DNA of 64,000 nt from Promethearchaeota archaeon (GCA_014728035.1 WJMJ01000059.1:96001-160000); one strand, 5' to 3'. Counted from the first letter of the stretch, positions 28,823 to 38,692 are shown. The notes: a model not told the origin generated them from the letters alone. Program-made: numbers and translations.

Positions 28823-29002
28823 GTCCTAGTTTGATATATGACAGGATATTTCCATTCTCTACCTAGAGGACTGATTTATCTTCTAGGATAATGTGTATAC
28901 AGTCTTCGATTGGAACGGGATCAATAAGAACGTGGTATTTACCATCGTTTTTGATCATTCATTCTAGTTCTAGCAGCAATAGGGGGAATGAAAACAAAAT
29001 AG

Positions 29003-29028
29003 AAAAAAGAGAGGATAAAACCTCTCTT
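29003..29028 (-). terminator. Intrinsic-type terminator after tfrB
   Basis: AAGAGAGG/CCTCTCTT arms (29007-14/29021-28) running into a U-tract on the minus strand. Confidence 0.6.
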
Positions 29029-29034
29029 CATCAA

Positions 29035-30603
29035 TTACTCCTTCTCGTCGCCTAGCTTGTATGATTCGGCTAGCAAATCAGGGATGTAACGTGTCTTTAT
29101 CTCAGTACCTTTCAAAATGTCCTTAATCTGAATAGTACAGAATGGACACTCTGTTGTGATCATATCAGCACCAGTATCTTCGATATAGCCCTTCTTTGTA
29201 GTGGCTATCTTCATAGATAACTCACGCTGGCCAGCACGGACTCCTCCACCAGCACCACAGCAACGATTCTTGTATGGGTCTTCAACATATTCAACACCCG
29301 GAATCAACTTGAGAAGTTCGATTGGTTGATCAATAACGCCCTGACCTCTACCGAGATGACAAGGTTCGTGATAGGTAATCTTCATCTTAATCTCACCTTT
29401 GGGTTTGACAATGTTTTCCTTACCAATCACATCAAGCATGTATTCTGCCATGTCATAGACTTTGAACTTTGGTGCTTCGCCTCTTTCATCCTCGATAAAT
29501 GGACGGTGGTCCTCACGAAGTGTCTTTCCACAGCCTGCACATGCCACAACAACCGTATCAAGATTGTACTTTTCAGATATTTTCTCAAAAATTTCTGTGA
29601 CTCGTCTAGCAGCATCTTGAGCTGTGTGTAAGTCACCAGTTCTAAATGCGGGACTAGCACAACACCATTGCTCTTTTGGTACAATGACATCAATGCCATT
29701 TCTGTTCAAGACATCAATGAGTGCTTTTCCAGTACTCTGCATTCTGTAGTCTATAAGACATCCAGTAAAGAATGCCACCCGACCACGAGGATTTTTGACG
29801 AGAAACTCTTCGGTATCAATCTCTTTCAGTAAGGGTATATCCTTTTCAGGCACAGCTCTACCCGTTTGTTTGATTTGATCAATGAATCCTTGTTGTCCCG
29901 ATGCTAATGGATATCCGGCCTCAACAGCCTTAGCTCGCAAAAGCTCAACTGCAAGAGCGGGAATATCTATACTTTTTGGACAGATATCAGTACACATCTT
30001 ACATGTTGTACAGCTATAAACCGACTCGTTCATTGACATGGCGATTCGGTCCTCAACATCACGTGGGTCAAGCTCCAATCTTGCAAGCTGTCGGATAATC
30101 ATTGGGCCTGGATAGTCCCATGTTTCAGCTACAATTGGACAGTTAGACAGACATGCGCTACATTCGATACACTTTCGAATCTCACGAAGTTTTTCGATAG
30201 AGTCAGAATGCATGATTTCTGGATATTGTTCAGGTAGTTTATCACGGGCAACATAAGGTCGAATTCTACGAATTCTATATGTTACTTGAGAGATATCGTT
30301 CACAAGGTCTTTTATGATGGGGAGTTTCTCCAAAGGTTCTAGAACAAGTTTTTCTTCTGGATTTACCTTTGTTCTGCAAGCAATTCTTGCAGTACCATTT
30401 ACTCTAACAGCACAGGATCCACATTGACCACCACGGCACTCCCACCGGAATGCAAGACTTGAATCGAACTTATCCTGAATAAAGAGAAGAGCATCCAAGA
30501 CAGTCATTCCAGGCTCATATTCCACATCAAAATCCTGAAAGTATGGTTCATCATCGAGGTCCGGATTGTATCGCTGAACGCTAGTCTTAATTGTTTTAGT
30601 CAT
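29035..30603 (-). CDS. tfrB: Fumarate reductase Fe-S subunit fused to HdrD-like CCG domains (thiol:fumarate reductase subunit B type)
   Basis: CRGGQCGSC [2Fe-2S], CIECSAC and CTTCKMC [4Fe-4S], FFTGC, CCAS, HEPCH, CCGAGGG, CPFC. Confidence 0.88.
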   Translation of the reverse strand: MTKTIKTSVQRYNPDLDDEPYFQDFDVEYEPGMTVLDALLFIQDKFDSSLAFRWECRGGQCGSCAVRVNGTARIACRTKVNPEEKLVLEPLEKLPIIKDLVNDISQVTYRIRRIRPYVARDKLPEQYPEIMHSDSIEKLREIRKCIECSACLSNCPIVAETWDYPGPMIIRQLARLELDPRDVEDRIAMSMNESVYSCTTCKMCTDICPKSIDIPALAVELLRAKAVEAGYPLASGQQGFIDQIKQTGRAVPEKDIPLLKEIDTEEFLVKNPRGRVAFFTGCLIDYRMQSTGKALIDVLNRNGIDVIVPKEQWCCASPAFRTGDLHTAQDAARRVTEIFEKISEKYNLDTVVVACAGCGKTLREDHRPFIEDERGEAPKFKVYDMAEYMLDVIGKENIVKPKGEIKMKITYHEPCHLGRGQGVIDQPIELLKLIPGVEYVEDPYKNRCCGAGGGVRAGQRELSMKIATTKKGYIEDTGADMITTECPFCTIQIKDILKGTEIKTRYIPDLLAESYKLGDEKE

Positions 30604-30614
30604 TTTTTTACCTC

Positions 30615-32303
30615 CTACGGGGGTGTGATCTTGGTGATCACTAAATCCTCCTTCTTCAGTTCCATCTTGCCATTCTTACCCTTTCGAATCACTATGTTAT
30701 AGTAACCCGTTTCGTTAGGATCAGCATCAACTCGATAATGTGCTCCACGATTGCCTTTTCTCATGAGGGCAGCTTCTGCAACCATTCTAGCTGTTGTAAC
30801 CATATGGACAAATTCCATTGCTTGATGCCAGCCAGGATTGAATCTCTTTACTGGCACATCGACTTTAATCTTGGGTACTACTTCTTTTTCAATCCGACGT
30901 AGTTCTTTTACTGCCTCAGCCATATCTTCTTCATTTCTGAATATTTGTACCTTTGACCACATTAGGTCTGTGAGTTCATCACGAGCATCAGCAGGAGAGA
31001 TACCATCTTTCCGCTGAAGCATAGCTTCAAGGCGTTCAAATTCTTTGATAGCAGTATCTCTGTCTACTCCAAGATGCTTGTTCTCTTTTGCATACTTGGC
31101 TGCACTCTCACCCGATAATGCTCCAAAGACTTGAGTGTCTGCTAGTGCATTTCCACCAAGGCGATTGCCACCATGGACTCCTCCTGTGCATTCACCTGAG
31201 GCAAATAAACCAGGAATATTCGTTCCTGCTTTTTCATTAATTTTTAGTCCACCCATAAAGTGATGTGCGGTTGGTGAAACCTGCATTGGTTCTTCACGGA
31301 TATCTACACCAGCATCTTCAAACTGTTCAATCATACTTTCAAGTCTAAACTCTACAATCCTCTTTGGAAGGTGTGCAATTGAAAGATAGGCTCCACCATC
31401 CGGTGAACCTCTTCCTTCGAGTACCTCAGTCATAATCGACCTGGCAACCTGGTCTCTTCCTGCAAGCTCCATTACATCAGGATAGTACCGTTTCATGAAA
31501 CGTTCGCCTTCACTATTGAGAAGAATTCCTCCCTCTCCACGAACTGCTTCTGTGACCAATCGGCCTTTAGCAGATTCGGGTTTGACCATTCCTGTTGGAT
31601 GAAATTGCACCATTTCCATGTCGATCATTTCACAGCCTGCTTCATAGGCCATTCCATATCCATCACCGACATCGAGTTGAGCATTAGAGGTGACTTTGTA
31701 AATTCGACCAGCTCCACCAGTAGCCATTACAACAGATTTGGCTCTAAAGACGAGATAATCACCATACTTCAAGTCAACCGCACATACACCTGCGATTTTA
31801 CCATCAGTAACAAGAAGCTTGGTTGCAAAGACCTCATCAAAAACACGGACTGAAGTCTTTCTAATAGCTTCTGTAAGAGTGACCATAATCTCAGAACCCG
31901 TTCGATCTGAGGCATAAGCAGTTCTTCGCCAGGACTGTTTACCAAAGGGACGTTGAGCGATTTTTCCCTCTGGGGTTCTGTCAAAAACAGCACCCATATC
32001 CTCTAGATCAAAAATTCTCTGAGGTGCATCACGGACAAGAATCTCAGCCAAATGCTGGTTGTTGAGATAGTTGCCTCCAACAATAGTGTCCTTGAAATGT
32101 GTTTCAGGACTATCATCTGGATCAACATTGCCTAGTGATACATTGTAACCTCCCTCAGCCATAGCTGTGTGAGCTTTGCCAAGGAGTTCTTTGCTAAGCA
32201 TAATAACATCTAAGTTGTGTTTCGCGGCCTCTATTGCAGCCCGGCAGCCAGCACCGCCAGCGCCTACAACGAGCACATCGCACATAATCGTCTTGTACTC
32301 CAA
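30615..32303 (-). CDS. tfrA: Fumarate reductase flavoprotein subunit (TfrA type)
   Basis: GAGGAG, AHTAMAEGG, QFHPTG, TEAVRGEGG, HHFMGG, HGGNRLGGN. Confidence 0.92.
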   Translation of the reverse strand: MEYKTIMCDVLVVGAGGAGCRAAIEAAKHNLDVIMLSKELLGKAHTAMAEGGYNVSLGNVDPDDSPETHFKDTIVGGNYLNNQHLAEILVRDAPQRIFDLEDMGAVFDRTPEGKIAQRPFGKQSWRRTAYASDRTGSEIMVTLTEAIRKTSVRVFDEVFATKLLVTDGKIAGVCAVDLKYGDYLVFRAKSVVMATGGAGRIYKVTSNAQLDVGDGYGMAYEAGCEMIDMEMVQFHPTGMVKPESAKGRLVTEAVRGEGGILLNSEGERFMKRYYPDVMELAGRDQVARSIMTEVLEGRGSPDGGAYLSIAHLPKRIVEFRLESMIEQFEDAGVDIREEPMQVSPTAHHFMGGLKINEKAGTNIPGLFASGECTGGVHGGNRLGGNALADTQVFGALSGESAAKYAKENKHLGVDRDTAIKEFERLEAMLQRKDGISPADARDELTDLMWSKVQIFRNEEDMAEAVKELRRIEKEVVPKIKVDVPVKRFNPGWHQAMEFVHMVTTARMVAEAALMRKGNRGAHYRVDADPNETGYYNIVIRKGKNGKMELKKEDLVITKITPP

Positions 32304-32567
32304 CTAGTAATCCTCCGATGGAGTGTTGTTTCCAACGTCTAACCGGTCGGACGATAGGAGGCGTTTATAGCTTGTGGTATGAAAAAGGACTGGAATTGAA
32401 AATACAAATAATTGACCGCATACCTTGACGTCAAATAACTAGAAAAACTTAGAAATCACACATCACTGCGTTCAACGTCAGTTAAAAAAGCGTTGAAACG
32501 CATTATATGTATGTCCCAATAACAATCAAAAGTTGGGATTCAAAGTGTTCATACTGGTAGTGGGAAC

Positions 32568-32669
32568 ATGGATACAGAAGACATATTGATGATACTCGCA
32601 ATTATTGTGATTTTCGTTGTTGCAATTTACGGAATGACTATTCCACTCATTCAATCTCTTGGAACATGA
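32568..32669 (+). CDS. Candidate 33-aa single-pass membrane microprotein
   Basis: ATG 32568 to TGA 32667-69: MDTEDILMILAIIVIFVVAIYGMTIPLIQSLGT; not in the ORF track. Confidence 0.55.
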   Translation: MDTEDILMILAIIVIFVVAIYGMTIPLIQSLGT

Positions 32670-32678
32670 GCATCTGAT

Positions 32679-32706
32679 AAAAAAGAAGGCAGGGAAAGAA
32701 CCTGCC
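32679..32706 (-). terminator. Intrinsic-type terminator after the fumarase operon
   Basis: GGCAGG/CCTGCC arms (32688-93/32701-06) followed on the minus strand by TTCTTTTTT. Confidence 0.6.
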
Positions 32707-32726
32707 AGTATTGAGAGAATACTATA

Positions 32727-33332
32727 TCATTCAATACCAATTTTCGAGTAAATCTCATCCTTACGAGATTCTACTAATTTATCCATATCGGCATGAAGAC
32801 TATTTCCATGAGAGTCCATGGTAACAAGTAGTGGACCAAATTCTTCTGCGGTGATTACCCAGAGTGCCTCTGGCATACCAAGGTCGGACCATTCGTAAGC
32901 ACGCACCTCTTTCAGGCCTTTGGCTGCCAAAGCTCCGCACCCACCAGTGAAGCTACAATATACAGCTCCTACATCCTTCAGAGCTGCAAGGGTTCGTTCA
33001 CCCATACCCCCTTTTCCAATAATGACACGAGCTTTGTACTTTTTCAGGAATTCATCCTCGAAAATTTCCATTCGTGCACTAGTAGTTGGACCTGCTGATA
33101 CGATCTGCCACTTTCCGGCTTTTTGCCAAGCGACTGGGCCTACATGATATACAACACTACCCTCGAAATCCACTGGAGGCTTCTCGCCTTTCTCAAACAT
33201 TTCCAGTGCACGTTCGTGTGCTTCATCTCTTGCAGTGTAAACGTGCTCGCCAGTAACGTAAATGACATCACCAGCTTTCAGTTTTCGCGCATCTTCTTCA
33301 GAAATTGGGGTTGTAAGATGATATTCTGTCAT
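32727..33332 (-). CDS. Class I fumarate hydratase / tartrate dehydratase beta subunit
   Basis: TARDEAH, GPTTSARM, IGKGGM, DLGMPEA, MDSHG. Confidence 0.93.
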   Translation of the reverse strand: MTEYHLTTPISEEDARKLKAGDVIYVTGEHVYTARDEAHERALEMFEKGEKPPVDFEGSVVYHVGPVAWQKAGKWQIVSAGPTTSARMEIFEDEFLKKYKARVIIGKGGMGERTLAALKDVGAVYCSFTGGCGALAAKGLKEVRAYEWSDLGMPEALWVITAEEFGPLLVTMDSHGNSLHADMDKLVESRKDEIYSKIGIE

Positions 33333-33335
33333 TTA

Positions 33336-34220
33336 TTATTCCTCCAAGGGGTGGGTTATGTATTTGACATCAAGGTCTTTCGTTATTATTGCCGTACTAC
33401 GGCGAGCAGCCCAACATTGAACTGCTACTCCAACAGGTAGACTTGCAGGGTGACGCATTGCGTAGTCTACTTTAACAGCTAGAACTGTGGTTTTTCCACC
33501 TAGCCCCATCGGTCCAATTCCCGCAGAGTTAATTGCATCCATAATCTCACTCTCAATCTTCGCTACCTCTGGTTCAGAGTGTTCATCATCAAGAGGTCTT
33601 TGAAGTTGTTGCTTTGCAATCTTAATGGCAATATCTGCACCACCTCCAATTCCAACACCGATGATATTTGGTGCACATGCTTTACCCATATAGTTTAGTG
33701 CATTATCAACCACTAGTTTCTTTACTCCTTTGAGGCCAAGACCAGGTTTTAGCATTCCCACAATGGATACATTTTCACTACCACCGCCTTTTGGAAAAGC
33801 AGTGATTTCAAGTGAATCGCCTTCAACGATTTCCCAATTGAACCAAGGAATCTTAACACCTGTATTATCACCAGAATTCCCTCCCACGATAGGATTTACT
33901 GCATTTGGACGCAGTGGAACTTCCTTAGTTGCTTTACGGGTGCCTTTGGTGATTGCCTCCTTTATTTCATCAATGAATGGGAATTTGCTTCCAACTCTAA
34001 CATAAAATATCATTATACCAGTATCTTGGCACATTGGTATTCCATCTTTAGCTATCTCAATGTTGTCAAGTATTGCTGACAACTGAGTCTTTGCAGTTGG
34101 ATTTTCTTCCTGTTCATGGGCCGCCCTAAGAGCGTCTTCAACGTCTTTGGGGAGCTTTGTCGCCGCCATCTTTAGTAGGCGGTATGTAGTATCATGAATT
34201 ACTTGAGCTGGGTCTTTCAT
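33336..34220 (-). CDS. Class I fumarate hydratase / tartrate dehydratase alpha subunit
   Basis: PMCQDTG, PLRPN, KGGGSEN, GIGPMGLGG, HPASLPV..QCWAAR. Confidence 0.93.
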   Translation of the reverse strand: MKDPAQVIHDTTYRLLKMAATKLPKDVEDALRAAHEQEENPTAKTQLSAILDNIEIAKDGIPMCQDTGIMIFYVRVGSKFPFIDEIKEAITKGTRKATKEVPLRPNAVNPIVGGNSGDNTGVKIPWFNWEIVEGDSLEITAFPKGGGSENVSIVGMLKPGLGLKGVKKLVVDNALNYMGKACAPNIIGVGIGGGADIAIKIAKQQLQRPLDDEHSEPEVAKIESEIMDAINSAGIGPMGLGGKTTVLAVKVDYAMRHPASLPVGVAVQCWAARRSTAIITKDLDVKYITHPLEE

Positions 34221-34364
34221 TTGATCAGCTTCTCAGATATCGTTGGATATGAACTGTATCTTCAGTTCACTTCTGTATCCGCGAATTAAGATGCCCCTTA
34301 ATCTGTGTTACCATACATGAAATAGCATTGCAATGAGTATATACCTTAAAGCCTGTACAAAACA

Positions 34365-34865
34365 GTGAAAATCATGACGGTCATACTAACCTTTGATGGG
34401 ATTGCTAGCTTAATTGTGACAATACTAATGTTGATTATCTTTAGTTGGAGTGATTTGTTAACCAGACGAGTTCCGAACAAACTCGTTCTGGCTGGTGCAG
34501 TTTTTGCTATTATAGTTACATTAAGTACGGGTCATCTTGCAAACAACTTGATCAACCATATTGTTGCATTTGTATTCGTTATTCCCGTTTCTATTTTGTT
34601 ATTTAGACTCGGTGCAATTGGTGGAGCTGATGCAAAAGTATTATGGATTATCACAATATCAAGTCCCGGAATAGAATTAGGTTTTTGCTTAGAGCCTGTT
34701 CTTGAAACAATTTTTTGTTTTGGTTTCCAAATATTCACGATGTTGGGTTTAGGAACGCTATATTGGAATCATTTGAAAAAAAGAAGACTTGATGATATTC
34801 CCCCTCTACTTCCTTTCTTATTGGTTGGATATATACTGACTCAGCTATTTGGGATATTATGTTAG
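34365..34865 (+). CDS. A24 prepilin-peptidase-like membrane aspartic protease
   Basis: SDL..RRVPN, IGGADAK, PLLPFL. Confidence 0.85.
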   Translation: MKIMTVILTFDGIASLIVTILMLIIFSWSDLLTRRVPNKLVLAGAVFAIIVTLSTGHLANNLINHIVAFVFVIPVSILLFRLGAIGGADAKVLWIITISSPGIELGFCLEPVLETIFCFGFQIFTMLGLGTLYWNHLKKRRLDDIPPLLPFLLVGYILTQLFGILC

Positions 34866-34869
34866 AAAA

Positions 34870-35577
34870 CTAACTAACTCGAATACCAGTATCATCAATC
34901 TGAAGCTTATGACACTTCAAACTATGGGCACTCCCACGCATTTTCCATATAGTAAGACTACGTTCTAAGGAGTTGTTATTTTGAAGAAGATTCAGTGTAA
35001 TCAAGCCTTGTGCAATATATTGTTCAACACCTGCTAGACTCAATGCATCTCTGTGAACAATTTCACTTACAAACAGAGCAGTAATTTCTAGCTCGCGGAG
35101 TAAGGCACTGATTGTAAAGACCGCGTTTCTTACTTCTACAGGTTGGTCAAAACGAATACCCAGGCCTGAGATACTATCTAGAACTAGTCTTTTCGCACTG
35201 ATATCATGGACTGCACGATAAATCTCTTCGGCTAAGGCACTTACATCAAAGCCACGCCGCAAAGTATACGACTCGGATGTAGGTAATCCCGCTTTGCTAG
35301 AAGCTGCATCAATTAGTATCAACTTCTTTTCTTTCTCTAACTCCTCTAAATTCCATCCAAATTGCAAAGCTTCTTGACGAATCTCATTGGGACGCGACTC
35401 CAATGTGACAAAAACTCCTGCTTCGTCTAATTCAGTTGCACCATGATGTAAGAACTGTAAGCCAAATATGGTCTTTCCAGAACCACTGCATCCAGAAAGA
35501 AGAATAGTACTACCTTGAACAAAACCTCCATTTAGCAGGGAGTCCAGACCGTGGATGCCAGTCGTTGTTCGGTTCAT
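34870..35577 (-). CDS. KaiC/RAD55-type RecA-family ATPase (single domain)
   Basis: TTGIHGLD, GCSGSGKT, RLVLDSIS, WKMRGSAH. Confidence 0.92.
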   Translation of the reverse strand: MNRTTTGIHGLDSLLNGGFVQGSTILLSGCSGSGKTIFGLQFLHHGATELDEAGVFVTLESRPNEIRQEALQFGWNLEELEKEKKLILIDAASSKAGLPTSESYTLRRGFDVSALAEEIYRAVHDISAKRLVLDSISGLGIRFDQPVEVRNAVFTISALLRELEITALFVSEIVHRDALSLAGVEQYIAQGLITLNLLQNNNSLERSLTIWKMRGSAHSLKCHKLQIDDTGIRVS

Positions 35578-36063
35578 TTATTCCTCATCCCTTTGAATGG
35601 GTTTTCCACTAAGCTCCCAGCCCTTTACTACCGATTTCAGCAGGTTCAGAGATACCCTGACCACATCAGGAGATTTCCTTAGATTTTCCACTCGATTCTC
35701 TAGCGATTTCTCATCTTTGGCAAGTATAAGTGCATAAATTGTCATAGGTTCAGTATCTACAGCAACCCAGAGGCAATGTTCTTCTTGTGCGAGTTCTTCT
35801 GCGAATGAATCGGTTCTATTTTTGCTGATATCGGGTAGAATATGTCCCCCAATTTCAATCTTAGCAAGTCCCGATATATTATAGCCCATCGCTTCAGGGC
35901 GGACTAATGCACTAAAACGAGTAACTACATTTGACGACTTTAGACGTTTCGTTCTAAAATGGATGGTTGTATCTGGCTTTCCAAGTTCTTCTGCAATATC
36001 GGTGAAAGAAGTTCTTGCGTCTTTTTGAAGCAATTTTATAAGATCTCGGTCAAGTTGGTCCAT
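35578..36063 (-). CDS. Lrp/AsnC family transcriptional regulator
   Basis: MDQLDRDLIKLLQKDARTSFTDIAEEL HTH. Confidence 0.9.
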   Translation of the reverse strand: MDQLDRDLIKLLQKDARTSFTDIAEELGKPDTTIHFRTKRLKSSNVVTRFSALVRPEAMGYNISGLAKIEIGGHILPDISKNRTDSFAEELAQEEHCLWVAVDTEPMTIYALILAKDEKSLENRVENLRKSPDVVRVSLNLLKSVVKGWELSGKPIQRDEE

Positions 36064-36251
36064 CCTTGAACACCTTCAAGTTTGCTTACCTTTTGTGCTA
36101 TGATTCAAAGTGACTATTGGTTATTAAGCATTGTGTGATTCGCAATACTAATGAGCATATTTGAGATATGCTCTATAAATGGCTGATTGAGGGGTAACTC
36201 CCATCTCTAATATGAGAATTTCTCAATCTCTTGATTACGTCTTTGTGATTC

Positions 36252-36608
36252 CTATGGTGATATACTTTCAAGGATTGGCGGTGGAATCAAAAATGCAAAG
36301 AATAGTGTCCAGAGAAGCACCCACAATAGTAAGTATGAAGGTAGTGAATTTGTGATGAGCTTGGTTCTACCACCCAGCACTTCAGGATCAATCTCCAATA
36401 GGTAGACAATGATATAGAGTGTAAGAATATAGACAAACACGCCGAACATTAATCCACGTATTCCTGCAAAAGGAATACCCCCAAGTGCACATAGAATTGC
36501 ACTGATAACTGCAAATAAAATCTTTACATAGAATTGTTGGTCATTGGGGGAATCCTCCCAGCGACTGAACATCTTTTTGAAGATACCTTGAAGAGAACTT
36601 GTAACCAT
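36252..36608 (-). CDS. Small 3-TM membrane protein, EMC6/Rab5ip-like
   Basis: 118 aa, 3 TMs, C-terminal SLPSYLLLWVLLWTLFF. Confidence 0.6.
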   Translation of the reverse strand: MVTSSLQGIFKKMFSRWEDSPNDQQFYVKILFAVISAILCALGGIPFAGIRGLMFGVFVYILTLYIIVYLLEIDPEVLGGRTKLITNSLPSYLLLWVLLWTLFFAFLIPPPILESISP

Positions 36609-36682
36609 TTTTCACACCAGTTATCCTTTGATTTCAACAATCGACTGAGTTAAAAAATGCTCGGTCTGTTTGTATTAATGCA

Positions 36683-38692
36683 ATGAAGCAGTCAATGAGC
36701 AACTCGGATATCAGATTGATACTACCAGAAATTACTCGGATAGCTAATGGTGCGTTTATCAAAAATGTATATCAGTATTCAGAAGTATTTGTACTGAAAC
36801 TCTATCAGCCTGGTTTGGGAACATATCAACTTTTAATTGAACCAGGAAAAAGGGTACATTTGACAGAGTTTCGAAGAAAGGCACCAAGGATACCTCCACA
36901 ATTCTGTACGGTATTGCGAAAATATGTCCGAGACCGACGTATTCTTTCAATTCAACAGCATGAACTTGATCGAATTATCACTATTGAAATTGGAGATGAA
37001 GACGAATCCCACAAGCTTGTTGCAGAATTATTTGGACGGGGGAATCTTTTGCTACTTGATAACGATGATATCATCTTTACTGCTCTCCACTACAAGAAGA
37101 TGAGAGACCGTGATATAATTCCAAAGGCCAAATATGAATTTCCACCGCAACGAGGACTGGATATATTGGACTTGGATACAGAGGATTTGGAATCTATAAT
37201 TCTGGATTCTAATGCTAATCTCGTGAGAACTCTTGCAAGCAGACTTAATCTGGACTCTCTTAGTTGTGAAGAGATTTGCAAATTGGCTGACATCGAGTCA
37301 AAAACTAAGGCATCTAGTCTTAATGAAGAAAAAGTGAATGATCTTCGGATTGGGCTTGAACGATTCATCGACAAGCTTCGTGCAGGAATATCCGATCCAC
37401 GAGTAATTATAGATGATGAAGATGACGAGTCAATTTACTTGTCATTCGTGCCTTTTGAATACGAGATATATGACGACATGCCTTCAGAAACGTTTGAAAC
37501 CTACAGTCAAGCACTCGATGAATATTTCGGGTTATCTGGAGTTGAAGAAGAACAAGAAGAGATACTGGATGCTGCGGAAAAAGAGCGAAAACGTCTGCAA
37601 AGAATTATTGAAAAACAACAAGAAAGTATCGAACGTCTTGAGAGAAGAGCGGAGGTCTTACGAAGTGAGGGTGAGATGATATACAGTCATTTTCAAATAA
37701 TTCAAGAAATACTATCAACAATTGCTAAAGCACGCTCAGATGGAATAAGCTGGAACGAAATTTTATCAAGAATAGAAAAGGGCAAAAAACAGGGTATTGA
37801 ATCTACACAGCTGATCAAGGAGATAATTCCCTCACAAGCTAAGATTGTCCTTGAAATTAATGGGACAATGATAGAATTAGACATCAGAAAGTCTGTTCAA
37901 GATAATGCTGCATTAGCTTACGAGGCGGCAAAAAAAGCTGAACATAAAACGAAAGGGGCTAAAAAACAGATTGAGAAAACAAAAACAAAACTCGAAGAAA
38001 TTGATATTGATGAGCTTGAGCTGGAAACAGAGGTAAGAGCAGTTAAAATTAGAAAGAAGAAATGGTATGAAAAGTTTCGGTGGTTCAAATCATCTGAAGG
38101 GTATCTTGTTTTAGGCGGAAGAGATGCTAGAACAAATGAGCAGCTCGCAAAGAGACACATGACAGCTAACGACATATTTCTTCATGCTGCACTTCATGGG
38201 GCTCCTTATACTATTATCAAAGTTCTTGATGATCCTCCAAGTGATATAACATTGAGAGAAGCAGCTCAATTTGCAGTCACCTTTTCACGAGCATGGCAAG
38301 AAGGATTGACTAGTGGAGAGGCTTATTGGGTGAATCCTGAACAAGTTAGCTTTTCACCTCCAACTGGAGAATATCTCCCTTCTGGAGCGGTCATGATATA
38401 TGGAGAAAAGAATTACATTACAAGGTTGCCTCTTGAACTATGTGTAGGAGTAACTCTTGAAGAGGAATATGCAATCCCAATATCTGGACCTCCTTCTGCT
38501 GTTTCATCAAATACTGACTACTATGTAGGAGTGTTTCCAGGACAAATCAAAAAAGGACAACTCGTAAAAGATATCCGAAACGCGCTAATCAAGAAGATTC
38601 CAGAAGAATTTGGATATCTTGTAGCTCAAATTCCTCAAGAGGATATAATGAGATTATTACCTTCTGGGGGAGGAAGAATTGGTGAATTATAA
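36683..38692 (+). CDS. rqcH: Ribosome quality-control factor Rqc2/RqcH (NEMF, NFACT)
   Basis: FCTVLRKY, DRII, ELFGRGNLLL, WYEKFRWF.SSEG.LVLGGRDA..NE, SGAVMIYG. Confidence 0.94.
   Translation: MKQSMSNSDIRLILPEITRIANGAFIKNVYQYSEVFVLKLYQPGLGTYQLLIEPGKRVHLTEFRRKAPRIPPQFCTVLRKYVRDRRILSIQQHELDRIITIEIGDEDESHKLVAELFGRGNLLLLDNDDIIFTALHYKKMRDRDIIPKAKYEFPPQRGLDILDLDTEDLESIILDSNANLVRTLASRLNLDSLSCEEICKLADIESKTKASSLNEEKVNDLRIGLERFIDKLRAGISDPRVIIDDEDDESIYLSFVPFEYEIYDDMPSETFETYSQALDEYFGLSGVEEEQEEILDAAEKERKRLQRIIEKQQESIERLERRAEVLRSEGEMIYSHFQIIQEILSTIAKARSDGISWNEILSRIEKGKKQGIESTQLIKEIIPSQAKIVLEINGTMIELDIRKSVQDNAALAYEAAKKAEHKTKGAKKQIEKTKTKLEEIDIDELELETEVRAVKIRKKKWYEKFRWFKSSEGYLVLGGRDARTNEQLAKRHMTANDIFLHAALHGAPYTIIKVLDDPPSDITLREAAQFAVTFSRAWQEGLTSGEAYWVNPEQVSFSPPTGEYLPSGAVMIYGEKNYITRLPLELCVGVTLEEEYAIPISGPPSAVSSNTDYYVGVFPGQIKKGQLVKDIRNALIKKIPEEFGYLVAQIPQEDIMRLLPSGGGRIGEL

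Noticed and set aside
28915-28965. Possible SECIS element (AUGA...GA) on the minus strand downstream of tfrB
   Set aside because: The helix next to the putative quartet does not pair, and no gene nearby has an in-frame UGA
32311-32361. SD / anti-SD pairing upstream of tfrA as a riboswitch
   Set aside because: A TATA-like box at about 32364-69 places the anti-SD upstream of the likely transcription start
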